Under the pieces are notes generated by a model. The model saw only the letters and a list, made by a program, of their open reading frames with translations. It did no database searches and had not been told where the DNA came from. Below, one piece after another: positions 8,234 through 16,906 of a DNA stretch of 25,149 nucleotides. The stretch's first letter is position 1; every line of letters begins with the position of its first letter. This DNA is from Candidatus Thalassarchaeaceae archaeon (GTDB lineage: Archaea; Thermoplasmatota; Poseidoniia; Poseidoniales; Thalassarchaeaceae), in the NCBI GenBank assembly GCA_030747675.1, contig JASLKH010000007.1:1-25149 (forward strand). Reading direction: 5' to 3'. The position numbers and the translations under genes were made by a program.

Positions 8234-9496
8234 ATGACCGAGTTACGAGAAGTGGGATTCATCGAACTTCTCCGTCGCAATCCAGTTTACAGACGATTGT
8301 GGTTTGGTCTTTCTATCTCAATGCTCGGAGAATGGTTTAGCACAGTTGCACTTTTTGTTCTAATATATACACTAACTGGATCAGAGTTGGGAATCGGTTT
8401 ACTTTTCGTAATTCGAATGTTTTCTTTAGCTATTCCTCAAATATTCACAGGAATGTTGGCTGATCGCTTCAGTCGAAAATCGTTGATGATATGGTCAAAC
8501 ATTCTTTCAGCAGTAGCAGTTCTTTCACTTCTATTGGTCAATACTGAAGATGATGTATGGCTAATTTATGTGATATCCTCATTATTGATGGTTCTTCATG
8601 CTGTATTCATCCCTGCTGAAAATGCTTCAATTCCAAATATAACGGAAGACAATGAATTGTTGACTGCGAATGCTTTGAACAGCGGAACATGGAGTGCAGC
8701 GCTATGTTTGGGCGCTAGTATTGGCGGTTTTGTTGTTTCACTCTATGGCGTTGAAGTAGCCTTCATTGTCAACGCAATTTGCTTTGTTATTGCGGCAATC
8801 ATGTATAGCACAATTACAATCCCTCAAGATCCGTTTGTTCCTAAACCGGGTGGCTTTTGGGCAAATACAACAGGGAATATTGCAGATGGGTTTAGAATTA
8901 TTTTCTCCAACCCACCAGTTCGTAGGATCATTACCGCCAAAGCATTGTGGGCAATTTTTGGAGGCGGTTTGGTTTACATGTTGGTTTTAGTTAGCGACGA
9001 TATTGGATTTGGAGATATTGCTGCTGGCGTGGGAATATTGTTTGCAGCCAGAGGCTTGGGAACTGGACTGGGGCCGATATTAGCGCGTTATTTGTTCAGA
9101 AATCGAACATTATGGCCATTCCTTATGGGGTGGTTAGTTAGTACTTGTGGACTAGCTTATGTTGCCATCGGTTGGCTACAGTGGTCACCTTGGATTGCGG
9201 TACTTGTGGTATTTGGTCATGCTGCCAGTGCTACAAATTGGGTACTTTCTACTGTTCTGTTACAGGAACGTAGTGAAGATGCTTGGAGGGGGCGTTTATT
9301 CAGTACAGATTTCTTACTGATGACAACAGTCAATGGTTTTTCCACACTTGCAGCGAGCTTAATGTTGGAATATACAGATGTAACTTTAAGGCAAGGAATC
9401 CAAATCTTTGCAATTCTACAAGTTTTGTCTGGGATAGTATGGATTGTATTGATGATGCCAGGTGAGAAGCGTTTTGCTCAGGCTACTAATTCATGA
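8234..9496 (+). CDS. Major facilitator superfamily transporter (MFS_1 / H+ antiporter-like)
   Basis: About 12 TM segments, motif A GMLADRFSRK, and C-terminal QERSEDAWRGR. Confidence 0.92.
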   Translation: MTELREVGFIELLRRNPVYRRLWFGLSISMLGEWFSTVALFVLIYTLTGSELGIGLLFVIRMFSLAIPQIFTGMLADRFSRKSLMIWSNILSAVAVLSLLLVNTEDDVWLIYVISSLLMVLHAVFIPAENASIPNITEDNELLTANALNSGTWSAALCLGASIGGFVVSLYGVEVAFIVNAICFVIAAIMYSTITIPQDPFVPKPGGFWANTTGNIADGFRIIFSNPPVRRIITAKALWAIFGGGLVYMLVLVSDDIGFGDIAAGVGILFAARGLGTGLGPILARYLFRNRTLWPFLMGWLVSTCGLAYVAIGWLQWSPWIAVLVVFGHAASATNWVLSTVLLQERSEDAWRGRLFSTDFLLMTTVNGFSTLAASLMLEYTDVTLRQGIQIFAILQVLSGIVWIVLMMPGEKRFAQATNS

Positions 9497-9957
9497 ATCG
9501 TCTTCAATCAGGTTCGTCTATGGTAGACCTAGTCGATCAAGTTGATGAGCGCGGCAAAACGATTTCACCCACGCTTCCTGAAAATTGCAAAAATTTTCTT
9601 ATCGATATTGATGGGACTATTTGTGAAGATGTCCCAAACGAGGAACCCGAACGAATGGTCACGGCAGAATGTTTTGATGGTGTAGTTGAACACATCAATC
9701 GCTGGTATGATGAAGGGCATCGAATTTGCTTTTTCACGAGTCGTACTGAAGATCATAGAGAAGTTACTGAAAAATGGCTAGCAGATCATGGTTTCAAATG
9801 GCATTCATGCCTCTTTGGAAAACCCCGTGGTGGGAATTATCATTGGATTGATAATCACATAGTAAGGGCCACTAGATTCCAGTCGAAATTCACAGATTTT
9901 GTTAAGCGTTGGGCAGAAGTTGAAGTCTTTGATGATGATGATGATGGTGATGATTAA
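9493..9957 (+). CDS. Small capless HAD-superfamily phosphatase, translationally coupled to the MFS gene
   Basis: Motif I IDIDGT, motif II FFTSR, motif III/IV FGKPRGGNYHWIDN. ATGA overlap with the MFS stop. Poly-Asp tail. Confidence 0.82.
   Translation: MNRLQSGSSMVDLVDQVDERGKTISPTLPENCKNFLIDIDGTICEDVPNEEPERMVTAECFDGVVEHINRWYDEGHRICFFTSRTEDHREVTEKWLADHGFKWHSCLFGKPRGGNYHWIDNHIVRATRFQSKFTDFVKRWAEVEVFDDDDDGDD
9931..9954 (+). repeat. (GAT)n trinucleotide run encoding the poly-Asp tail
   Basis: GATx5-GGT-GATx2 immediately before TAA. Confidence 0.7.
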
Positions 9958-9981
9958 AATAGACTATTTGTGATAATCAAG

Positions 9982-10407
9982 TCAACAACACCCCTCTTCT
10001 CGCATAGGTGCAGCGATGAAAGACACTCGATCAATATCACGTGTATTTTTCAATTTTTCAAGCACGCTTCGGATTGATTTAGCAAGGCCAGTAATTTGCA
10101 TCGTATCGACACATGTGTGACTGTTTGTAAGGCAGTTATGATGGTATGATGATATTTTTAGTGCATGCGAGTGCCGTAGATCAATTAATTTGTTTTCGAT
10201 TCCATGTTGATAATAGATGACCATTGTCCCATCAACTTCAACATTGTCATCCATCGTAACAATATCTCCTCTCTGGGTGGCTTCAAAGAAATGGACACTG
10301 GCATCTCTGAGAAACATGCTTCGGTTTTTGTATCCTGATAGTTCAATCAACGAATCAAGTTGTGCTGCAAATTTTTTGTCTGTGCTGAATGAAAGTACAC
10401 GGCTCAT
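9982..10407 (-). CDS. NikR/CopG-family (ribbon-helix-helix plus ACT-like) metal-responsive transcription regulator
   Basis: N-terminal RHH (RVLSFSTD...LDSLIELSGYKNRSMFLRDA) and a NikR_C-like fold (GTMVIYYQH...RHSH...SSYHHNC...HTCVDTMQITG). Confidence 0.8.
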   Translation of the reverse strand: MSRVLSFSTDKKFAAQLDSLIELSGYKNRSMFLRDASVHFFEATQRGDIVTMDDNVEVDGTMVIYYQHGIENKLIDLRHSHALKISSYHHNCLTNSHTCVDTMQITGLAKSIRSVLEKLKNTRDIDRVSFIAAPMREEGCC

Positions 10408-10428
10408 GAGACAACCACAAAGTAAGAA

Positions 10429-10456
10429 TTAATAACATTTTTTAAATATGTATTAA
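10429..10456. promoter_or_regulatory. Candidate operator TTAATA-N16-TATTAA enclosing TATA box TTTAAATA (10441-10448)
   Basis: Perfect 6-bp arms with a 16-bp spacer. The TATA box is at -29..-22 from the ZIP ATG 10470. Confidence 0.55.
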
Positions 10457-10469
10457 CAAACGGCAATTC

Positions 10470-11618
10470 ATGACTGAAGCACCAATGCTCTATGCTGCCC
10501 TCACACTTTCAATTGCGCTAATATGCGGACTGCTCCCCATTTTTTCAAAAATAAAAGAGGATGTTAGCAAGTTGAAAATGCTAACTGGTGTTGCTGCTGG
10601 AATTATTATTGCATCTGCATTGTTAGTTGTCATACCGGAAGGTTACGAAATTGCTACAGAGGATGAGCACGATGAGCACGATGATGAAGCCTCAATAGCT
10701 GGTTCTATTGCATTAGTGATGCTTGAAGTCGATCACGGTGAAATAAACGCATCACAAGCGATAGAAGAAATCGAAGTGTTGGTTGGGGGTCATGATGATC
10801 ATGATGACCATGATGATCATGAGGATGAAGAATCACATGATGAAAATAATTCTGAAGAACCTCTTTCAGAGTCTGTGCTCCATGTAATTGAAGAAGTAGA
10901 AGAGGGAGAAATAACTGCCACTGAAGGTTTAGAGGAAATCGAGGAAATAATCACAGAGCATTCTCATGAAGAACATTCTCATGAAGAAGAAGAAGAACAT
11001 GAAGAGCATGCTAATGGGCTGATTTTAGGTGGTGCAATTCTTTGTGGATTTTTACTAATGCTAATCCTTGAGGGGTCAGGCATAGGTCATGCAGTACACG
11101 AAGAACATCACGATCATTCACATGACCACAATCATGGCCATGTTCATCACAGCTCACCAGGATGGTTACTAGTTCTCGGACTTACTCTACATTCAGCCAC
11201 AGATGGCTTAGCAATAGGGGCTGCGGCAGCATCAGGCAGTGCTGCTATAACTGCAACCATCGTTTTTGCAGTTTTAATCCACAAAGGACCGGCCGCTTTT
11301 AGCCTAGGAATATTTTCTATGCACGAGAGAGAAAAGCGCAACGATTCAATTAGAGATGTTGTGATATTTTCACTTGCGACCCCGGTTATGATGATGTTGG
11401 CATTTTTCCTCTTTGAAGATTTAGATAATTATCTAATTGGTTTAGCCATGTTATTCTCTGCAGGAACCTTCCTTTACATTGCAACAGTTGACACACTCCC
11501 TGATATTCACAATCCAGAGTCTGGGAAAAAGGCGATGTTTCATGTCCTTTTAGGAATCATTATTCTTACAATATTGCTTATGGTAGCAGATACATTAGAT
11601 TTAGGGCATCAGCATTGA
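10470..11618 (+). CDS. ZIP-family divalent metal transporter (ZIP9-like signatures) with His/acidic-rich loops
   Basis: TM4 LHSATDGLAIG, TM5 IHKGPAAFSLG, TM7 FSAGTFLYIATVDTLPD, and two His-rich loop regions. Confidence 0.92.
   Translation: MTEAPMLYAALTLSIALICGLLPIFSKIKEDVSKLKMLTGVAAGIIIASALLVVIPEGYEIATEDEHDEHDDEASIAGSIALVMLEVDHGEINASQAIEEIEVLVGGHDDHDDHDDHEDEESHDENNSEEPLSESVLHVIEEVEEGEITATEGLEEIEEIITEHSHEEHSHEEEEEHEEHANGLILGGAILCGFLLMLILEGSGIGHAVHEEHHDHSHDHNHGHVHHSSPGWLLVLGLTLHSATDGLAIGAAAASGSAAITATIVFAVLIHKGPAAFSLGIFSMHEREKRNDSIRDVVIFSLATPVMMMLAFFLFEDLDNYLIGLAMLFSAGTFLYIATVDTLPDIHNPESGKKAMFHVLLGIIILTILLMVADTLDLGHQH
10659..11009 (+). repeat. His/Asp/Glu codon repeats plus a duplicated 27-aa module inside the ZIP gene
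   Basis: GATGAGCAC tandem, (CATGATGAY)n and CATTCTCATGAAGAA x2. Modules at 10704-10784 and 10872-10952 share 12/27 aa. Confidence 0.75.
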
Positions 11619-11672
11619 AGTTACATAATTGCATGTGATAACGAATTATAGTGACCATCCTCTGCGCATTTC

Positions 11673-14384
11673 ATGCGCACGGCAATTTGTGCAATTTTCT
11701 TAACGTTGCTTCTTGCAATATTACCTTTGAATTCAATTGATTATTCAGAAGTGCTATCCGATGAAATGGAATTGAGTTTGAGTGCGAGTAGTGATGTCCC
11801 ATCATCCTCAAATTTCACAACAGTGTTTGAATTAGATATTCCGGAAGATGGTAAGTTCAACAATGAAGATATTTTGTATTCCACAGATAATAGTGCAAAT
11901 ATCGATTTCACATTTGATCAAGTTGCTTATTATTTAGAATTACAAAGGCTAGGTGAAGACCGAATTTGGGTTTGGGTTTCATTTCCAGCCTTAACTACAG
12001 ACGCTAGTGAATTAGGTGTCCCGACCTTTGCATCAGGGGCAGAATTCAATCAATTACTGACAAATGTCCGCATCGAATCGAATCACCCGAACTTGACTAA
12101 CCTTGGAACAATTGATACAGGTGTGATTGAGTTCTGGGGAACTAATTATGCTGCTTCAAATGCACTTGCAGTCCCAAATGCCAACGGCTCAAGCTATGAC
12201 TTTGGTGATACATCAAATACGAATGAAGCCGGGTATGGAAGCATGCAAATACACGATTATGAATCGGGAGAGACTTTGTTTTCTTACAGTGCTTGGGGGT
12301 ATGCAAGTGGAGGCGGAAGTGACGATTTAGGAATTGGAAATAATCCTGATTCCGCTGGTAATCCAGATTGGACTTTTTCTGGTAGTGCAAAAGGCTATGA
12401 TTTGAGGACACTTTCAGTGATGGTCCACCCTGGCCCAATTCCTACAGAACTAATGTTCAGCATTGAATCACCAGATTCACATCAAATTGTTCAGAGGGAT
12501 GACTACAATTGGGGAACTTTTCCAGTTCATGGTTCAACTCTATACACTGCTGATTTAATTGAAGGGCGCTATACTCCATTGGATAATGGTACACCTTCTG
12601 AATGGAATTTTGTATCAACTCCAATTGGTTTCAATTTTTATGGTACATTGGATGTTCCAGTTGGTTGGCACCGGTTGGACCTTCGTTTCATTAATGATGG
12701 CGTTTTTGTTGATTCAATCATTATTGAACCAGTAGGTGTAGGTGAAGTATTCATAATATCAGGACAGTCAAATTCTGCGAACTTCGGTGAATACCCCCTC
12801 ACTCCAACAGATACACGTGTCAGTACTTGGGGGCCAGAAGGTTGGCGCTTTGGGCACGACCCTCAACCCGGGGCGACAGGTAACAGTGGATCTCCTTGGC
12901 CAGTGGTTGGTGATTTGTTGACCTCTAGATACGATGTCCCAGTGGGATTCTTGTCAGTGGGATATGGTGGAACGCAGGTAGATAGATGGGTACCAAGTGC
13001 CAATGACCTCTTTTACCGAATTACGGATGCACTTGATGCCGTTCAACCTAGTGGCGCACGAGCTATTCTTTGGCATCAAGGTGAGAGTAATGCAGGGGGA
13101 ACATCAACTGAAGATTATGCTGAAATGCTTTCTGCAGTAGTCCTTGGTAGTCGAAACCACATCGGAGATGAGATACCTTGGCTTGTTGCTAGAGTAGGTT
13201 TTACACCCTCAGCTAATCCAGTAAAATCAGGATGGATTGTTGAGGGGCAAAATACAGTTATTGATGCAGACCCATTGACCTATGCAGGCCCTTATACAGA
13301 TGATCTCAATGGTTCTGAATGGCGCTATGATTTGATACATTTCAATGAAGCAGGATTGCGTGAACATGCATCTCGATGGGATGCACGAATTGCTACAGCA
13401 ATGACTGACTTATTACACATAATTGAGGATACAGATGGTGATGGAATTTATGATGATGATGATCTCTGCCCTCAGACTCCAACTGGAATTGATATATTCA
13501 CAGATGGTTGCAGTGAAGAGCAGCGTGAACCTGGCAGTACAATAGATTCGGACGGTGATGGGATTATGGACAATTCTGATTATTGCGCCAATACAACCAC
13601 AGGACAATCAGTGTATGCTGATGGTTGTAGTGACCATCAGCGAGACGGTGATAATGATGGAATTTCGGATGCAGATGATCAATGTCCTGGATTTGATGAT
13701 GGTATAGATGCAGATAACGATGAAACTCCTGACGATTGTGATGACCTTTTGGATTCAGATGGAGATGGCGTTGCAGATACAGATGACTTATGTGCAGGTT
13801 TTGATGATACAATTGACGTTGATGCGGATCAGTATCCCGATGGTTGTGATTTCATTATTGACAGTGATTTTGATGATATTGCAGATGAAAATGATCAATG
13901 CCCTGGATTTGATGACTTTGCTGACATGGATTTGGATGGTATAGCGGATGGTTGTGATTCTTTAATTGATTCAGATGGAGATGGTCGTGCCGATTTTGCA
14001 GATTTATGTAATGGTCATGATGATTCAATAGATGAGGATCAAGATGACATCCCGGATGGATGTGATTCATATGTTGGGGCAGAAGGAAATGAAAAATCTG
14101 ATTCTGTTTTGATGCAAGGTGGATTGGCCTTGGCAGCGATAATGCTGGTGATTCTTCTTACAGTAATTTCACTTACTTTTTTGCGTAAAGGAAAATCAAG
14201 CAAAATAAGAAGGACACCCCCCAGTGATAACACTATTTTCTCAATTGAAACTGGCCCTGACCCTGCAATTGATGGTGTTTGGAATGAGGGTGATGAGTGG
14301 CTAGAACGCCCTGAAGGAAGTGGAATTTGGTATAAGCGAAATCAGGAAACAAGACGTTGGAATTTACACGAAACCAATGAGTGA
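11673..14384 (+). CDS. Cell-surface SASA/SGNH carbohydrate (sialate-type) O-acetylesterase with TSP3-repeat stalk, TM anchor and Trp-rich tail
   Basis: Signal peptide. SASA motifs ISGQSNS, GYGGT, WHQGESN and DLIHF. More than ten DxDxDG..D.C repeats. TM helix LALAAIMLVILLTVISLTFL followed by RKGK. Confidence 0.82.
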   Translation: MRTAICAIFLTLLLAILPLNSIDYSEVLSDEMELSLSASSDVPSSSNFTTVFELDIPEDGKFNNEDILYSTDNSANIDFTFDQVAYYLELQRLGEDRIWVWVSFPALTTDASELGVPTFASGAEFNQLLTNVRIESNHPNLTNLGTIDTGVIEFWGTNYAASNALAVPNANGSSYDFGDTSNTNEAGYGSMQIHDYESGETLFSYSAWGYASGGGSDDLGIGNNPDSAGNPDWTFSGSAKGYDLRTLSVMVHPGPIPTELMFSIESPDSHQIVQRDDYNWGTFPVHGSTLYTADLIEGRYTPLDNGTPSEWNFVSTPIGFNFYGTLDVPVGWHRLDLRFINDGVFVDSIIIEPVGVGEVFIISGQSNSANFGEYPLTPTDTRVSTWGPEGWRFGHDPQPGATGNSGSPWPVVGDLLTSRYDVPVGFLSVGYGGTQVDRWVPSANDLFYRITDALDAVQPSGARAILWHQGESNAGGTSTEDYAEMLSAVVLGSRNHIGDEIPWLVARVGFTPSANPVKSGWIVEGQNTVIDADPLTYAGPYTDDLNGSEWRYDLIHFNEAGLREHASRWDARIATAMTDLLHIIEDTDGDGIYDDDDLCPQTPTGIDIFTDGCSEEQREPGSTIDSDGDGIMDNSDYCANTTTGQSVYADGCSDHQRDGDNDGISDADDQCPGFDDGIDADNDETPDDCDDLLDSDGDGVADTDDLCAGFDDTIDVDADQYPDGCDFIIDSDFDDIADENDQCPGFDDFADMDLDGIADGCDSLIDSDGDGRADFADLCNGHDDSIDEDQDDIPDGCDSYVGAEGNEKSDSVLMQGGLALAAIMLVILLTVISLTFLRKGKSSKIRRTPPSDNTIFSIETGPDPAIDGVWNEGDEWLERPEGSGIWYKRNQETRRWNLHETNE
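13430..14070 (+). repeat. Tandem thrombospondin type 3-like Asp-rich repeats
   Basis: Recurrent DSDGDG..D..D.C.GFDD..D.D.D..PDGCD units. Confidence 0.8.
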
Positions 14385-14404
14385 ATCCAATTGAGCAATG
14401 GAAG

Positions 14405-14477
14405 TAGGCCCTCCCGGATTCGAACCAGGGTCGTGGGATCCAGAACCCCACATGATGGACCGCTACACCAAGGGCCT
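14405..14477 (-). tRNA. tRNA-Gln (anticodon CTG), archaeal type, CCA not encoded
   Basis: The reverse complement is AGGCCCTTGGTGTAGCGGTCCATCATGTGGGGTTCTGGATCCCACGACCCTGGTTCGAATCCGGGAGGGCCTA. Acceptor stem AGGCCCT/AGGGCCT (A1-U72), anticodon loop TTCTGGA, T-loop TTCGAAT, no intron. Confidence 0.96.
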
Positions 14478-14500
14478 AAGCAAGCCTGCGATTGGTCGCC

Positions 14501-14510
14501 CTTATTTCAA
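14501..14510 (-). promoter_or_regulatory. Candidate tRNA TATA-like box TTGAAATAAG
   Basis: Lies -33..-24 from tRNA base 1 and contains the TGA stop of the phosphatase gene. Confidence 0.45.
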
Positions 14511-15847
14511 CGCAACCGCTTAAGGGCTGCCCCTACTAATGCCAATATGGGAATCGTTGACCCAAATCCTGGAACACCAAGAATGCCCTCATCTTTTTCT
14601 AAATTTAGTGATGCTTCTTGAAGTGTAAATGAATCTCCAATAGTTCCATCAATTCGATGATGAGTGAAACTAAGTTCCCGTGAATCGCCATGGTATACCA
14701 AGCGTGTCCAACCATATGTTGAATTTTCTCTCCATGCACTCCATTCGGGTTGAGGCTCATCAAGATCTTCGTAAGCTGAACGACCAGCAATTCCAATCAC
14801 AAGATGGATAGGGCCTTCTCCCTGTGAAAATCGAGTTCCATCATCGACACCTTCAGATTGAGTCACTTCACCGATAACAGGCCATGTTCGTTCATAGAAG
14901 TGGTCGTGGCCAGCAATTACAAGGTCAACTTCTTGCTCAACATAGAGGGTTTCCAATGCGGTTCTCAATTCCACTTCAGATCCATGGTAACTGTTACTAG
15001 AATACATTGGTTTATGGCCATAAATAATGATAAATGGCCTTTCTTCTCGATTTTTATTTGCAGTGATCAAATCATTTTCTAACCAAGCATATTGCTCACT
15101 ACCGAATTCAAAATCATGCTCTGTGGACATGAAAATCATATGTATGCCGGGTAAATCCCGACTGTACCAGAAAGTTTCAGATTCAATTATGTTATCTGAA
15201 TCAAATCTATGTTCATAGGGGGAGAACTCGTACCCCGGCTCATTTTCATGATTACCAACTGCGGTAACCCAAGGAATGGATGTCATACTGTCTTCTTGGA
15301 TTTGGAACCAATTATCCCACGCAGTTTGCTCGCCATCTGCGTATGAAATATCTCCGGAAATAGTTACCATTTGTGTATTTTGATCCGCAAGGATAGCATC
15401 GCTAACATCAATTGCTTCAGAAGAGTCTCCATGATCTGCAATAGATATCCATGAGAAATGATTAGCAGTGGGGTCGATTGTTGTAAATGTGTAGGATTCA
15501 GACCATTGGTTACTTTGTCCAACTCGATATGTAACTTCTTCTCCAATGGGTAAATTTTCCATTTTCGCCAGATGGAATGCCATGTCATGATTGTAGCAGT
15601 AAGATTCTCCAGTTGATGCCCCGTCCCCATTTGAAGAAGACCATTCTACTTCTGCATTAGCACGGGCATTTGTAGCCCAAATAACATTCATCTCTGAGTG
15701 GTCATCAGTCATCTGTAAGTGTATTTGTACAGGGGCTGTACTACCCGTCAATGTACCGGGACATTCTTGTAAAGCCTCATTCAAATTTTGAGCATGTGCT
15801 AATGGTATTAGCAGCAGTAGAACGAGTAGTGGTACCAGTCCCTTCAC
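14507..15847 (-). CDS. Secreted purple acid phosphatase-family metallophosphoesterase with PGF-CTERM-like anchor
   Basis: FN3-like N-terminal domain. Metal motifs ADHG, GDISY, GNHE, GHKP and GHDHFYER. Tail VPGFGSTIPILALVGAALKRLR. GTG start. Confidence 0.88.
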   Translation of the reverse strand: MKGLVPLLVLLLLIPLAHAQNLNEALQECPGTLTGSTAPVQIHLQMTDDHSEMNVIWATNARANAEVEWSSSNGDGASTGESYCYNHDMAFHLAKMENLPIGEEVTYRVGQSNQWSESYTFTTIDPTANHFSWISIADHGDSSEAIDVSDAILADQNTQMVTISGDISYADGEQTAWDNWFQIQEDSMTSIPWVTAVGNHENEPGYEFSPYEHRFDSDNIIESETFWYSRDLPGIHMIFMSTEHDFEFGSEQYAWLENDLITANKNREERPFIIIYGHKPMYSSNSYHGSEVELRTALETLYVEQEVDLVIAGHDHFYERTWPVIGEVTQSEGVDDGTRFSQGEGPIHLVIGIAGRSAYEDLDEPQPEWSAWRENSTYGWTRLVYHGDSRELSFTHHRIDGTIGDSFTLQEASLNLEKDEGILGVPGFGSTIPILALVGAALKRLR

Positions 15848-15858
15848 AGTTGCGCGTG

Positions 15859-15879
15859 AGGCTTGGGCTTCTCAAGCCT
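15859..15879. terminator. Hairpin AGGCTTG-N7-CAAGCCT spanning the korB stop; possible terminator or processing site
   Basis: Perfect 7-bp arms at 15859-15865 and 15873-15879. No U-tract follows, so function is uncertain. Confidence 0.3.
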
Positions 15880-16906
15880 TGCCTCTGAAACGAGCATTTA
15901 TTGTTTCCAAACTACTTGCTGAAGGGCGCATTAAGTCATCATCAACTTCTGAAAGAGGTGTGTTTACTAAGCACTGATCTTCAGTTGCAGTTGCTTTACT
16001 CGGGTCAAAATATAGTAAACCAGTTACGTGTTTATTTTCAGACTCTGCTTTGTGTAATGCATTCAATGCAGCCATAGCATCTGATGGGTTGTGATCTGAG
16101 CCTATTGTCTCAAGTCGGAGAGTACTACCATCGAACAGAGTAATGTCGTGATATTCACCGTCTGGTGCGGCTGCAGATTCAATTGGAGATTGGTTTGGGA
16201 TGTAATCATAAGCATGTAGTTCAACATCATTGTCTTTGACATATGTGTAGGAACGAAGACTCTCATCGTTGTTGTTGAATGTAACACAAGGGCTGATTAC
16301 ATCAATCAATGCGAAGCCTTTGTGACTCATAGCTGCCTTCATCAAAGCAGTCAACTGCTTTTTTGAACCACTAAATGAACGTGCTACGAATGTGCAGCCC
16401 AAATTAATAGCTAATTTACACAAGTCAATTGGTTGGTGTTCATTAGTCGGCCCTTTCTTTTTCTTACTCCCCTTGACTGCAGTAGCACTGTATTGTCCTT
16501 TAGTTAAACCATATACTCCATTGTTTTCAAGGACGTAAACCATATTGAGATTTCTTCGTACAGCATGAATAAATTGTCCAATTCCAATACTTGCAGAATC
16601 TCCATCACCTGATACTGCCAGGAATGTCAAACCACGGTTACCCATTGCAGCTCCTGTGGTTACTGCTGGCATTCTACCATGTACTGTATTGAACCCATGT
16701 GATTTTCCAAGGAAATATGCCGGAGTTTTTGACGAGCACCCGATCCCACTCATTTTAGCAATCTTTTCAGGTTTCAAACCATTTTCCCATGCGGAATTGA
16801 TGATGACACTACTGATTTGGTCATGCCCACATCCAGGGCAAAGAGTTGATTTCCCACCCTGATAGTCTACCTTTGGTAAATCGATTACATTTAGTTTGAT
16901 AGTCAT
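15872..16906 (-). CDS. korB: 2-oxoacid:ferredoxin oxidoreductase beta subunit
   Basis: LCPGCGH, SGIGCSSK, VHGR, TPP motif GDGD...ENN and SPCVTFN. Confidence 0.93.
   Translation of the reverse strand: MTIKLNVIDLPKVDYQGGKSTLCPGCGHDQISSVIINSAWENGLKPEKIAKMSGIGCSSKTPAYFLGKSHGFNTVHGRMPAVTTGAAMGNRGLTFLAVSGDGDSASIGIGQFIHAVRRNLNMVYVLENNGVYGLTKGQYSATAVKGSKKKKGPTNEHQPIDLCKLAINLGCTFVARSFSGSKKQLTALMKAAMSHKGFALIDVISPCVTFNNNDESLRSYTYVKDNDVELHAYDYIPNQSPIESAAAPDGEYHDITLFDGSTLRLETIGSDHNPSDAMAALNALHKAESENKHVTGLLYFDPSKATATEDQCLVNTPLSEVDDDLMRPSASSLETINARFRGKA

Noticed and set aside
8149-8280. N-terminal extension of Orn shown in the ORF track
   Set aside because: It overlaps the MFS start and the shared promoter region. 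Orn homology begins at MADGNLVWID (8148).
9493-9957. Calling the HAD protein a phosphoheptose isomerase
   Set aside because: The motifs are HAD (DxDGT), not the SIS fold of GmhA.
5762-9957. JAB + nuclease + receiver as an anti-phage (CBASS-like) system
   Set aside because: There is no CD-NTase, E1/E2 or effector gene, the genes alternate strands, and Orn is a housekeeping-type nuclease.
13430-14070. Repetitive GAT-rich DNA as a CRISPR array or non-coding repeat
   Set aside because: The repeats are degenerate, in frame and encode TSP3-like Asp motifs. There are no identical repeats with unique spacers.
9982-14404. Genomic island integrated at the 3' end of tRNA-Gln
   Set aside because: I found no integrase, no duplicated tRNA 3' end (att site) by eye, and no obvious compositional shift.
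3-14477. Functional link between the Tyw2-like gene and the tRNA in the window
   Set aside because: Wyosine-pathway enzymes act on tRNA-Phe. This tRNA is Gln and lies 14 kb away.
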